Shown here piece after piece: positions 1 through 21,257 of a stretch of 64,000 nt of DNA. The notes below the pieces were generated by a model, which ran no database searches, had not been told where the DNA came from, and was given only the letters and a program-made list of their open reading frames with translations. The stretch is from the NCBI RefSeq assembly GCF_009914755.1, contig NC_060947.1. One strand, given 5' to 3'. Source of the DNA: the human T2T-CHM13v2.0 reference genome, Homo sapiens. Position 1 is the stretch's first letter. Each line of letters opens with the position of its first letter. The position numbers were made by a program, and so were the translations under genes.

Positions 1-239
1 CTGAATTTTATGGTATGTAAATTATATCTCAATGCATGTTGTAAGAATCTATCATTCAGACCTCCATTTTTCAACCATCTAGTCAACAGGACAGAGTATA
101 CCATGACTATGAGGTTATGAACAACTAATTCTCCCAATTTTTTATTTTGTCCATTATAGAATCATGGGGAAATAACTCACTTCTCAAATAACTATTTCCA
201 AATAATCAATGCAAAAGAATTTATTTTAAGAAAGGCAAA

Positions 240-335
240 CTCAGGAGGTTGAGGCTGCAGTGAGCCATGATCATGCCACTGCGCTCCAGCTTGGGCACCA
301 GAGTGAGATCCTGTCTCTAAAAACAACAACCAAAA
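240..335 (+). mobile_element. Alu 3' (right-arm/FRAM-like) fragment
   Basis: caggaggttgaggctgcagtgagccatgatcatgccactgcgctccagc...gtctct + A-rich tail. Confidence 0.75.
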
Positions 336-336
336 A

Positions 337-674
<338 letters not shown>

Positions 675-1659
675 TCAATAGGAAAGGCTAAATAGTCATG
701 TGTTCTCCTCATCAACAGGACATATCGGGGAAGAGTTGGTAAGTCAATGCAAAGTTACTGATTTGCAGAAGAGTGGATGCTGCCTGATTTAGCAGATCTA
801 TTGTAAATCAACTTTCTCACTTTGGTAGTTTTAATACTTTAAAAATATTTGTAAGCAGTTTTAATTTAAACATGTGATAAAAGCTTTTGAGATTTGTAAA
901 AGTGTACCTGCTTAACATGATCTCGTGTGGTGAGAATATAAATTTTCTTTGTTTAATTTTAAGCTTAAAACAGTACAAAGGAAAGTGTATTTGTTTTTTA
1001 AGAACCTGAGGCAAATTTAATTCCCAATGCTGATTTTCCTGTGGGGATCCAGTGATTGAGTTGTTAATTGAGTAACTCCTTTGTAAAATGCAACATGATG
1101 GGTATATTTCCTTTCTAGAACTTACTAAAGAAATGTACAGAAACAGATGCATATTTTTAAAATTTTAAGCTTCAAAATAGTTTGGCATATTCAGTTAGAC
1201 TGATATAAGTTACTGTGCATTAATGGTTATGTATTTTATGGTTTGAAACAATGCCTGAGCTGGGGAGAATCTTGAAGGTCCAACTATCAGGGGATTAAAA
1301 TTAGGGCCATCGAGATTAACTCAAAGCCAAAGACAAGTCAGGCTTGTCTGCATTTTATTTAAGGAGTGTGTGCATAAATAGTTCACATAATCCAAAGTTA
1401 GTATAATTCTGACAAAAGACAGAAGGTATTTCTATTTAATGACTAAAGTGACACCAAAATGTGGCAATAGCATAACACAGCTTATCTTTCACATACTTGC
1501 CCACTTTGAAATTAATTATGTTCTTCCTGATGATTTTTTTTACTTGAACTATTTCAAAAGTTGCATGCATAGTCAAACTCTCAATATTTTGTATTGTACT
1601 ATCTTAAATTTGCATAGTTAAAATTCCATAAATTGTGACCAAATTGGAACGTGTAAAGC

Positions 1660-2385
<726 letters not shown>

Positions 2386-2459
2386 TATATACATAGTTAC
2401 TTCATTAAATTCTAATTCAGCTATGGCAACCCAGATAATAAAATGAATCATGGGTTTTA

Positions 2460-2776
<317 letters not shown>

Positions 2777-2811
2777 CATGGGTTTTAAAAGGGAAGGACC
2801 CTTCAATATTA

Positions 2812-3150
2812 TAATAGGTAATATTTATTGAGCCTTTTATACATGCACCAGTCACTATTTTAAATGCTTTTTGTGCATTATCTCATTTAATTCTCCCTCA
2901 AATCCTGTGAGATAGGCATCATAATTATTTTCACTTTACTGGTGAGGAAGTTGAGGTAGGTCTTATTATTATCAAGAGGAAAGCTTGGATTCAATCTGGG
3001 TAGGCTGACTTCACACTTTATGCTCTTAAATGTTATCTAGCCCAACCTCACCATTTCCCAGATGAGGAAATTGAGGCCCAGAAGGGAAGTGACTTGTTCA
3101 AATTCTTAAACAAATTTAGTGGCAAAGCCAGGCATAGAACCCAGGTAATC
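2812..3150 (-). mobile_element. MIR fragments
   Basis: atttattgagc...attatctcatttaattctc...cctgtgagatagg; cagatgaggaaattgaggcccaga core. Confidence 0.7.
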
Positions 3151-3616
3151 TGGATTAATAATGTGTAGCTTTAACTAGCTTATTTGGCTACTGATAATAA
3201 ATTAACTCTAATAATAAATGTTCAATATAATGACTCTTCTAATTTTATCTTTAAAATGTTATCTTTCTCCAAATGAAGATCAAAGGCTCTTTGAGCCAGG
3301 AGTTTGCTAATTTTCTTAGATGAACACCTAATAAAAGGAGAAATATTTGGGGAAGGGAGATGGAGTTATTTCTAAGGAATCAAAATAAGAACTATTAGTA
3401 AAACACTTTACATCTACTAAAAAATAGCAAATGTTAATTATGACCTGACCGCTCAACTGGTGCCAAGGCTTTACAAGAAGGTCTTTGATCTTCCCAACAA
3501 TCCTGTGGGAACAATAGTATTGTTATACTAGGTTTGTGTGTGTGTGTTTGGGGTGGGGGGGAGGGGGGTGGTGATTAGAGGCTCTGGGATATAGAGAGAT
3601 TAAAGTAATTGGTCCT

Positions 3617-3959
<343 letters not shown>

Positions 3960-4419
3960 CTAGTAAGTGATGGATCTAAGCTCACTCTCAACTCTGATTC
4001 CAAAATAGGGAGAAGGATGGAAGGTGAAATATTGGCTACTGACATTTTGTGACATTGTTCCCTCCATAACAATGGATGGAGGTTCTTTTCCTCTAAGGTA
4101 TTTAAGGACAGCAAATCATTAGTTATTTTATATGTGATCATTTATCTTAAATTGGCCACTGGGTGTTTCTTAATTTAAACTATTAAATTATACCTGTCTG
4201 TTGTCTGTGAGCTCCTAGAGGGAAACACATGTGCTTTATATTTCAATTCTTTGTTTTCCTAGCATCTAGCACAATATCTGACACAGAGTGAACTATTTAT
4301 TAATGGCTATTAATATTAATATTTATATTTTTGACATGGTATAGTTAATATGGTTATGCTGGAAAATGAATTTTGAGTTACAGACATGGGATTGTGGTAA
4401 GACAAACATAAAGGGCTTT

Positions 4420-4610
4420 GCCAGCTCTGGTGAAAGTCTTTGAAGATTAACAGTTGTGCAATCTTGAGGAAATTTACTGCACCAATCTTTGTCCCAATTT
4501 TCTTATATGTAAAATAGGGAAGATGCTTCCTTTGCAGGGTTGTTGTAAGAAATTGTAATTCATGTAAAATAACTGACACATAGTAGACAATAAATAAATG
4601 AGTTATCATC
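4420..4610 (+). mobile_element. MIR
   Basis: caattttcttatatgtaaaataggg...gggttgttgtaagaaatt...cacatagtagacaataaataaat. Confidence 0.55.
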
Positions 4611-5526
4611 TTGGGTCAGTGAAGAGGAGATAGACTGAGATTCCATTATGATGTGGGGAAGATGTTTTAGGGAATTCATGACCCTAATATAGCAGTTTTT
4701 AATTTGTGACTTCCACAAAATTCTATGTAAAATTCTGAATATGTTTGTTTTTCTGGGGAGAAGGCCCACTGATTTAATTCGTTTCTTAAAGTGGTATGTG
4801 GCCTATAAAGTTTAATAACTATAGCTCCAATTACTTTTAAGTAGAAATCTGTATTAAAATAGTGCCATAATCTCCCCAAAATTAGGTCCATCAAAAGCTC
4901 AGTTCCAAGACAGATCAAATGCCTTTAGACAAAGGACCTACCATCTTCCCCCTAAGCTCTAGTATGATCTCAACTTTTGCCAGGGAAGAACAAAAAGGAT
5001 GTGAAACCACAGGGAAAAGAATGGGACCACTCACTTACCCCAACTCTGCCACTAGTTTAGTGCAAGAATCTTTATCTAAGGCCATGTTCACCAGAATACA
5101 CCTCTGAATCCTGCATGGAGTGAAGAATACGCATTTGGAATCTCTATCACATGTGAAACTTCTAGAACTTGGGAGAAATGAAGACTCAGAGCATTAAATA
5201 GGTCTGATCATAGGGTCTTTAACTGCTCTGCCCCTCGTTCTCCATCCTCTCCCACCGCCTTAGACGTGAAATTCAAAATCTCCTTCACTCTTTAAATTAA
5301 TGAGTTGGGGGTTTGGTTTCAATGTCTTATGGTCCATGGTGAAGAGAAAAAGACAATACAGTACATATTAAACAAAGGACTATCTGATTGTCTTTTGGTG
5401 TTAAATGATCTTCTGTGATTTGATAACAAATGATTTTTTAAAATACTCCCTACTGAGCACAATAAAAAGCTGGCTACTATAAAGACTCTCCTTTCCATTT
5501 CTTTTTTCTTGTTAAAAAATTTCCAG

Positions 5527-5745
5527 GTCCAGCATGGGCAACATAGTGAAACACGGTCTCTAAAGAAATACAAAAATTAGCCAGATGTGGTGGTAGTACA
5601 GGTAGCACACCTGTAGTCTCAGCTCCTTGGGAGGCTGAGGTGGGAGGATCACTTGACCTGGGAAGTGTAGGTTGCAGTGAGCCAAGACTGTGCCACTGCA
5701 GTCTAGTCTAGGTGGCAGAATGAGACACTGTCTCAAAAAAAACCC
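5527..5745 (+). mobile_element. 5'-truncated Alu (J-type)
   Basis: gggaggatcacttga right arm; TSD AAAATTTCCAG at 5516-5526 and 5746-5756. Confidence 0.88.
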
Positions 5746-5784
5746 AAAATTTCCAGATGTGAAATCCAAGTCCAAAGGTCACTG

Positions 5785-6150
5785 AATTAGGGCAATGTTG
5801 CAATAGTCCAGGTGAAATACCATGAAAGCTTGAATTAAGGCAGTGGTAATGGTGATAGAAAGGCAGGAGAATTGAGAGTGGCCAGTTGGATGTGAGGTTG
5901 GAAGAGGCATGAGTTGCTGGCTTGGATGGATGGCAGCATCATTCACTGAGCTAGGGCACACTCAGAGGGTAAAGAGCTAGAGCACACTCAGACTTGAATA
6001 AATGTCTGAGGATGTTGCAGAATGTCCAAGTAGAGACAGCCAGCCTACAACTAAAAATATAAGCCAGGAACATGGGGGAGATTTGTGGACATCTAGATGG
6101 TAGCTGAAGTGGTAGAAGTGGATGAGGTTATCCAGTGAGAAGAGAGACAT
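5785..6150 (-). mobile_element. L2 fragment
   Basis: gcaatagtccaggtgaaataccatgaaagcttgaattaaggcagtggtaatggtgatagaaagg, typical of antisense L2. Confidence 0.6.
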
Positions 6151-6479
6151 TTCCTCATGCACACTTTTCAATTTCTTTGAGCGGTGGTGTTCAAAACCAA
6201 AGAAGTGACTGTTGGCTCACGTGTGCCTCAATGATCTTGCTATGGTTAGCCAACACTCCAGGCTGATGGGTGACTCAAACAGTTTGGGCAATTGAAAACA
6301 AAGTTCAATTTTTCTAGACATAGCAAATACTTTGAAATACTGGGTACTGTAGGGACTGAGTTCGGGAAAGTCCTGAATAAAGGAAACAAGGTTCATGAGT
6401 GAGTGGTAAGTAACATGATGTAGGAACTGTAGGGAATTATGGAAAATCTGACATCTTTTGGGTACCAGGCAAATCAGCA

Positions 6480-6485
6480 TTTATT
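6480..6485 (-). terminator. Candidate distal polyadenylation signal AATAAA
   Basis: Plus-strand TTTATT at 6480-6485; consistent with the recalled ~6.5 kb annotated 3'UTR. Confidence 0.5.
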
Positions 6486-6653
6486 ACTTTCAATAAACAG
6501 CTTTAACACTTTGAGAGGACTGCATCTCTGCAGATTCCATCTGGATCACAAAACAAAGACACAATTTGTTTTAAGGTCTTTGAAGACTGGACACACTAGA
6601 AGATGATTCCTCAATTTGAGGGGCAAAAGAATCCCCTACACAAAACTCTAGCC

Positions 6654-7093
6654 CAGTGCTTCTCAAACTTTAACATGCACACAAAACACCTAGGGATCTT
6701 GTTAAAATTCAGATTCTCATTCAGCAGAATTGGTGTAGGGCTTGGAATTTCGCATTCCTAACAAGTTCCCAGATGATGGCAATGCTGCTGGTCTAGTCAA
6801 AGTATTATTCAAAGTATGATTAGAACCTTCTATGGCAATTTGACATTGATGAGTGGACTTGTCTCAAACAGGGTACCAACTTTTTGCAATTCGTTTCTTT
6901 CCCCTTATGTTATGTTTATCTCGAAATGTAATTTTACATGTTAAATCTAATACATTTGGGCTTTTATTTTGCATATCTTTTTTCCATTTAACTTTCTTAG
7001 AAATTCATTTTTGTTGTGTTTTATAATAGTATTGGTCTGTGATGGATTGCAAAAACTATTGGTCCCTCACCACAGATAGTTTGAGAAACACTG
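6654..7093. mobile_element. hAT-Charlie family non-autonomous DNA transposon (MER5-like left end)
   Basis: TIRs CAGTGCTTCTCAAACT (6654) and AGTTTGAGAAACACTG (7078-7093); degenerate 8-bp TSD CTCTAGCC / CTCTAGAT. Confidence 0.8.
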
Positions 7094-7194
7094 CTCTAGA
7101 TGATAAAGAACGTTTTATTTGGGACATAGATTTAATTAGAAATGGTTTGATTTCTAATACATATGATTCTAAAGCAGTATTTTAAACTTTTCTT

Positions 7195-7204
7195 TTTATT
7201 TATT
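7195..7204 (-). terminator. Candidate polyadenylation signal (overlapping AATAAATAAA)
   Basis: Plus-strand TTTATTTATT; preceded on the mRNA strand by a long U-rich tract (7205-7800), and repeats begin just distal to it. Confidence 0.55.
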
Positions 7205-9656
7205 TCATAAACAATAACAAAACTCAGCTAGGTAACATTATGACAGTTTCACCGTACATTCAGTCACAAATATTTGAAACCTTCGCAACAAGAACAACAA
7301 AACCAGAAGTGTTACAAGAATAATTTACAAGAAAATCTATAAAACAGCAAGAAGCTCACAAATGTTCATTTTTTTTGCACAAGATCACTACACTCTTTCA
7401 CAACATGTTTTGTGTTACAAAATTTCCAACAAAAGTGTATTTTTTTTCTTTGTATTGTGGTTTCTAAAACCAGAAACTTTGAAGTAAATATCCTTTTATT
7501 AGCACCTAGTGGTGCAGAAAAAGGAAAACTCTCACATACAGACACTTCACAGCACTTTTCTAAGAAAAATATACACTTACAAAATATGTTACAAATTGGC
7601 ACACTTAAAAATATACAAGATTTTGTAGACGTCTTAAGAGTGATCCTTAAGCTTTAAACTTCAATTGATTCTACAGATTATTTATAAAGCTTAACTCTAA
7701 AAGAAAAAAAAAGGCAAATAATTTCCTAACATTTTTAAGTTGCAGTGTCATATGTCAAACAGAAACTTAGGTTACATTCATAAAAAGGGCCTCTAACGCT
7801 TTTATTTTAAATTTTCTTAAATGCTTAAGGGGCTTGGGGAAGAAGAAAAAAATGGGAATAATCATTTTCTTTAGCACCATAAATCAGCAACTTACTAAAG
7901 AGGTGCATTCAGTTCTATGGAAACTAAGGACTAGTACATTCAAAACTCTGTAGGCAGCAAACTCCAGTCAGTGCTACAGGTAGCCCAGTAGAGCATCTTA
8001 AGATTTCTACTCTCCTCACTGGGAGTGAAAAACAAAAGGCCTCTTCTAGTTTTCATTCTAAGCCTTTTTTTGTGCTGTAAATAACCAGTCATCTCTCAAA
8101 CAGGCAGAATGATTTCAATATCTCTTTTCTTCTTTTTGAAATGGGATGTCATTCTGAGACTCAGAAACCCCTGAGCTTGTTAGATGGACAGACATCCTTT
8201 CCATCTTATGTGGATGAGTGTTTCTTCAGTGTCTTTAGTATCAATTTACCCAGATACTGATTTTGAAAGCCTCATTCACACCATAAACTTTGTTCTAAAC
8301 CTCTGTCTTTTACATTGTCCTTCTCCAATGCCTTACCTCTTAGTTACGATTCTGAAACCAAGAGTACATCTCAAGTATGTAGCTGCAATGGGAGCTCTGC
8401 TTCACGACTGTAGCTAGTGTTTAATGCTGAGTAAAAAATGTGCCTTAAAGGGTAGCCTGAGTCCTGTCATCAAAATAATCACATGCTGGCTGAGGACCCT
8501 CAAGCTGATGACAGTGTTTCCCAAGTTAAACAGCCCAACTAAAATTTTTTTCTCCCTTATTTGGGTCTTTGAGAAACCTTTACAAAATCCCTGGCCTACA
8601 TTGTGTTGACAAGATTCCTGTTTGTTACTAAAAGTTTGATTTTGGTACTAAATCTTCTAAATGTAACTATAGGCTTAGTGAATTTTATGATTAGAAAACA
8701 AACCAACCTCACATTAGTTTTATTTTATAAAAAGAACATATTTCTGTAGTGATGGGCAGTCATTAAAAAAATCCCTAAATGAAAATGGTTACTCCTTAAA
8801 TTAGATAATTTCTCAATAATAAAGGAGAAAATAAACATTTCTATTTCTAGCAATAGTTAGGACTAGCTAGTGCTCCATTCTCCTCTTCAGCATAAAAACT
8901 TAGCTCTCTTCAATTCTTGGAACTGTTCTGAGAGCATCTGTAAGCTGAAGACATGTTGGATCTACATCACACTGGTCCAGCTTGGTAATAGCAAGCATGG
9001 CTAAAAGGTCCTTGGATATGGTTTTTCTCCTTTAGGCAGTAAATGCTAATTGAAACCTACTAAAACAGAAATTCACTAGAACTGCAAAACCTCACATAGG
9101 ACTTAGGATGCTTGCTAGAGTTGTTTATAGCTTTTGAAGCATCCTTTTGCCTCTCTCTTACACACACACACACTTCCCTCCGTAGCCCCCTCACACACGC
9201 AGATGCTTCCCAGCAAGGAAAAAGTTCAGAGAAGGTGAAAGTTGTCACAAAAGCCCAGCTAGCACCAAGGACTTCAGTGAGATGGCTGAAGAAGTGATGA
9301 TCAAAGTAATGCAGGAGGTTTGAAAACATCAGGAAAAGGTAAGGCCTTGACACATAGTTGCAGAGTAACAAGAAGTCAGAAGGGAAAGCTGGGAGGAAGC
9401 AGCATATGTGAAGAAGCTGGTATAAGAGACCTTGGCGAGGCAGAAAGGATGGTCACTGGTTCAAGCCAGTTATCACAGCCCAAACATGACCCCCAAAGTC
9501 TCAATACCCTTCTCCATATAATATAGCACCTAACCAGGGCAGGAGATGAGACCTATTCTTAACAGATCTTCAGGGAAAAGGAATTTCTAAGTTTCCTCAG
9601 TCATGTGATATAATTTGTCCATGTGGGCACGAGTGTGTGTTTAAAATTATATTTGA

Positions 9657-9804
9657 GGGATGAAATACCACCTATTGGGTACAATGTACACTATTTCGGT
9701 GATGGGTACACTAAAAGCCCAGATTTCAACACTAAGCAATATATCCATGTAACACAACTGTCCTTGTACCCCTACTCTATAAAAATTAAAAAAAATTTAA
9801 TTAA
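9657..9804 (+). mobile_element. Short L1 3'-end fragment (L1PB/L1MA-like) in the NEXMIF 3'UTR
   Basis: cctattgggtacaatgtacactatttcggtgatgggtacactaaaagcccaga...; A-tail; TSD AAAATTA(T/G)ATTTGA at 9643 and 9805. Confidence 0.85.
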
Positions 9805-12430
9805 AAAATTAGATTTGAAAATAGCCAAAGCAATTAAAGGCAATTAAGAATGGGAAGGTTTCCTTCTGAACTTCCAGAAGAAAGCAGCCTAAGATTGTTG
9901 AGCCCTGACAATTTGGGCAGGTGGGATATGAGACCATAAAAGAAAAATTCTAAGACCAAGGTCTGAGATTAAGTAAGAAGAATAAGGGAGGTTACCATTT
10001 CCAGGAAAGTAAAGATTAAATGGGACTCTGTTAGGGAGGCATTAATAGGAAACAGCTTCTCAGAGGGGGAAGGTTAGAAGGGAGCGGTAATCAGGAATTT
10101 CAGACCAAGGATAATATATATTTCTGACTTGAGATACCAGTGATAGGGCAAAACACTATTTTTATACTCTACTAAGGCAGCTGGTTATGACAGGAAGAAA
10201 AAGAACTGTGAGAGCAGAGACAGGACCAACAAAATGCTAAATGATGAACATCTCAGAACACAATGTACTGAGAGGAATATTAAATGCAATTAAGAGAATA
10301 AACATCTTCTGCCTCGGCCTATTGCTCATTTCTCAAACTCTGTTTCTTTTTATGTTTCAGTACAAAGTGACTGGTTATGCGTCACTAATTTATATATTAA
10401 AAACATATAATACACTGCAGGCCAATTAAAAAGGTACTTTAAAATAACAATTCTCTTTGGAGAAAGGGATGAACTATGCCCTAGAATTGGCCCTTAATGG
10501 GCTCCATAGGAGCAACTGAAAGAATATCCATTCCAAAGGACTTATGATAGCAAGTTCTCACAAGGAAATTGTTTCCAACAGTTTCAGGCTGTCCTACCCC
10601 ACTCACACCCCATTCTCCAAAGCTGAACTGATACCGAAAAAAAACTGGGACAACTGCTCCCATATTTACTTTTATAAAAACACATTGTATTAATGGAACA
10701 TTTTCTTTATTTTTTCATTAATTGCCACCTTTTCATTACATAGAAAGCACTCCACTCCTCTAAGCCAGCAGGTGACTCTGAGGTCTGGAGTCTTGGGGAT
10801 CACAATACAGGCAGAGTTGGTGATTCCAAGCCAAAATTCAGCTGCAAAACAGAAAAATCAAAAACAAAAACAAAAACAAAACAAAGACCAGTTTCTAGGG
10901 ACTGGCCATAGCATTTAGTACAGCTAGCTATCAGAATAGAGAAATAGAAGAAGGTTTTCCAGTTTGGTTATTTTCCCTTTTGAATGGTAGCTATGGGGCA
11001 GGAGACATGTTTCATCTGGTGCCTTTCCACTAAGTAATTTTCCAGGGCTCACTGCAAACAGAGCATTAAAGCCTAGGAATGGGCCTGTACCAGCCTCACA
11101 GAATGCTCCTCACCCACTCATCCCCACAGACACAAGAGACTGACGCTGGGAACACACATGATCAAGAACACAGGCTTGTTCATTTTACGACCCAGCTGTA
11201 AGGAATAGAGCAGGCTGGTGAAAGGAATCATGGACCGGGAAGTGTATATACTTATATACATGACAGGCTTCCTTCCATTTCTCTCTGACTACTTTCAAAT
11301 GTTGCTTCTCTGTTTGTGAATACATTTAGGTGGCATTGACTAGGTAGGTTCATATTTTGCTTAAAATTTTCCTTTTGAAACATCTTCCCTTTTTTTGTTA
11401 AATCCCCTTTTTCCCTTCCCACTTATTCTCCACCCTCCCACCCCAGCCTATATATTCACAAGTTAATAGGTTAGTAACAATATTAATAAGAATAGTAACA
11501 ACGACAACAACTAACAATATTAATAATATTAATCCCCTATATCTGTATAGCACTTTATGATCTACAAAGCGCTCTCACATCCATTATCTCATCTGTGCCA
11601 TAATGCATCAGTCATCAGATGCACAGGCCTTCAATTGTGCAAAGAAAAGAGATCAAATGTTAGAAGTCAAGTGGTGAATAAAAGGGAAGAAAAAGTAGTA
11701 GTGAGGAATGTTGGGGCTGTGAAATTTTTTTTAAAAAGTAGGGGGAGTACTGAATAAAAAATGTGATTTAAAAATTTGTACTTAAAATTGAGATTTAAGT
11801 TTAGTGTGTGGCATCAAATATTGGTTATCCTCAGACTAAGGGTATATGGCCCAAATCAGTTGTTGCCACAAATTGTTCATCTTATCTGATAGTAAATGTA
11901 CTTTACTCATAAGAAGAAAAATTTGGTTGAACTGGGATGCCTTAACATTTTCTTTAAATGACATTGGCATTGCAAGATTAAACACTGAAAGAACACTAAA
12001 GCCATGATATGAGTGCACTTTTGACAAAACTGGAATAAAACATTTAGGAAACTATTTAAATAAAAGCATTCTATATACTTCATTTATCATTAGTGTTGAT
12101 TTTATAGCTATTTTTATAATTTATCCCAGACTATTATAAAATATATAAAACTGAGATATAAAGTATCAGCAATATAACTTTGCACTTTAAATAATTTTCA
12201 GCTACAGATTTTGCTTTTAGAAAACAAACTTTGAAAGCAGCTGTTTTGTTTCCTTGTAAAACGTTCTGTAAATGCATATACTTGGGTCCCTGATGGACTT
12301 AGCTGTTGTGGCCTTCAGACTTTTCCAAAATTTTAACCCTTACACAATGGAACAAGAAAATCTTTATTTTGCCTTGTTTAGCTGTTCATGTTTCCACACA
12401 AGACAGTAGAGTCTAAAACTTTAAAAGAAC

Positions 12431-12520
12431 GTGTGTGTGTGTATATATATATATACATATATATACACACACACACACACACACAAACATATACATATAT
12501 ATGTTTGGGTGTGTATATAT
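12431..12520. repeat. Compound (GT)n(AT)n(AC)n microsatellite in the 3'UTR
   Basis: Direct reading. Confidence 0.9.
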
Positions 12521-13011
12521 CCATTTAAAAATAATTAATGAGCTTTAAACTGTGGGTGAATCTGTGAGATGAGGTAAGAAAATTTGGCACATTTCAAACA
12601 GTATCCTTTAATTTTGGTAAATTGTGTAACACAACATATTTTTCCACCATGATCTACAGGTGCTATCCACATAAGTGGGGGTGGTTAATAGCAAGAATCA
12701 CTGGAATGTTTCTAGTAAATTAACAGGGACAACTTCCCCAAATACAACCAAATGTTGATATAGAAGTAAAAATATATACAGTACAGTCACTTGTTTGTAG
12801 TTTGGCACAATGTTTTCAATTTTTTCCTTGTGGGTAAATAGTGCATAAACTACTTGTGCAACTGTATGACTTTTTAAGTCTTTTACATAGAACATGAGAT
12901 TAAAGTTTGCTCCAAAGACGTATTCCCACAATTTAAAATTCTTTTCTTTAAGCACTTACATGTCAACATACATACCACAAGGCATATTTTGAAAGAAATA
13001 AAACACAAACA

Positions 13012-19277
<6,266 letters not shown>

Positions 19278-19289
19278 TTATTGTTTCAT
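19278..19289 (-). promoter_or_regulatory. Upstream ORF (ATG AAA CAA TAA; Met-Lys-Gln) in the NEXMIF 5'UTR
   Basis: Minus strand reads GGA-ATG-AAA-CAA-TAA-GAG-GTT-ATA-TTC-ATG-GAT; lies within the exon (acceptor at 19312). Confidence 0.8.
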
Positions 19290-21257
19290 TCCAAGTCCAA
19301 ATGCTGTCCAACCTGCACATTTCAAATATATAATATCAGTCATTAAATTTGTTTTATTTTGTGTTTTATAGGTTATTTCAGCTAGAGGGGTCTTAAAAGG
19401 CTCACTGGGATTTACCTGTTTCCAGATTGACTTCATCACTGCTATTGTTTTTGTTTCACAATTTATACCTACCACATAAAGTCAGTTTGGAAACTCACAC
19501 TCATTCATACATCCTAGATCCTTCTATCACCTCTGTGCCACAATATTATTCAAAACTGAAATCCAAGGAAGCAGACAAACGTATCCCTTCCTCCAAATAG
19601 TAATGCATTTAACCTAATCATGGTTGCCTGATTAAGAAGGACACAAAGCAAAGACAAGACTAACCTGAGATAAGGTGTGTTTGTATGTGTGTTTGTGTGT
19701 GGCAATTAACTTTATTTTTGTTTGCCTCATTTCTATTTCAAATGATCAGATGCTCTTCAAAAACAAGGCAATTCATATACATACACACATATACATCATA
19801 TTCAGATTTTCTCTTTCTGTGCCTTAAAATTTGACTGCTAAGGATGAAGAAGGTAGAGAATTCCTTGGTTTCTCGACTTCCAGGACTTTAACTTGGACTT
19901 TGACAAGTATTCCTCCAAACTCACAGCAAATTTTTAAAAAATGTGACTACAAAGAAGATTAGATTTTCTGAAAAGGCCCCAGCATCATCTGATATTTTTA
20001 GGTCATAGGACATATATCTATCTGTAGCCCTTCATCTCCTGCCCACCTACCTGAGTGGTATTTATGTGCAAAATGATAGGAGATGAGATGGGGGTATCTG
20101 CCACATGCCACTACAACATCTAGCCCTCCCCCTGTCCCTAGACCTTCTCCCCAACTGAGTATCTATCCCTTTATTAAAAAGCATATGGTATTGATAGTCA
20201 AGCAGCTATTATAAGAATCTCAATTGTATAGTCATTTATCCTAATGCATGCAATATACTCTAAAAAGTAGGTTCAGCATTGAGAAACAGGAAGCAGTAAC
20301 AGTTCCACGTGATTCAATCTATAAAATATTTTACCCATCTGGGCCTATTCCCTTATCTATAAAATACAAAGACTGTATTAGGCAGTCTCTCAGTTTTAAA
20401 AATGTTAGATGACTCTGGGTTTCCCCTAACACTTATATATTAGAATTGCCACATTTTCTTCTCATTTTATATGAGATCTGATTTGATGCATAGGCAATAA
20501 ACCATGGGTGCCAGGGAAAAGAGAAAATATATGCTTACTTGTATTTACACAGAAAAGGGCTGGAGAGTTTTAAAAGATGGAGAGGAGTGGATAGCAATGT
20601 CCAAGTCCCCACCCTTTGTCAAGGAGGGCTCATTTGTAGTAGAACTGAATGAACAGATTGGATAGCTGCCTCTGCTTCAAAGACGACCCTATAAATCAGA
20701 TGGAATCATATTGCCATCATGGATTACTCTGTGCATTTTTGTTTTGGAGTTCAGTAGAACTTCAGGTATCATTTACCCCTCTTTTGCCCCTCCACTAAGT
20801 CCATCTTGGCAGGAACTTGATAAGGGGCAAATTACTTTTAGATTTCAATAATTTAATGTCTTCTTATCCCTTATGTCTATAGTTAACTACAAGCAAGTCC
20901 ATTTTTATCACCAGGAAGTCCAAGGTATGGAAAGAGAGACTATGACAGCCAAGGTTGTAAAACAACACAATGAGAGATCTATGAAAAAAACCCCCCAAGT
21001 TTCCTGACCAAGAGACTAGGTGTTTTTTCTTAAAACACAAAATGCCATCTCCATGATTCTTACCAACTCCAACCCCTGACTAAAACAGGGCTAGACAAAT
21101 ACAAGTTTCCACATGTTACTGATCTATACTTCTATACCCTTTCAGGTAGGAAAATACAGAACAGCTGCCACAGATAAGCATCTGTTATCAGTAAAAATTA
21201 ATGTACCATGAAATATATATAGGAACAATACATTTAAGTATCAACAATTATCCAAAC

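Larger units (their letters stand above)
6463..13011 (-). other. NEXMIF: NEXMIF long 3'UTR (distal end approximate)
   Basis: AU-rich, repeat-poor sequence after the stop codon with many minus-strand AATAAA hexamers (e.g. 7195-7204, 6480-6485). The end position is inferred from the distal hexamer, not observed. Confidence 0.7.
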
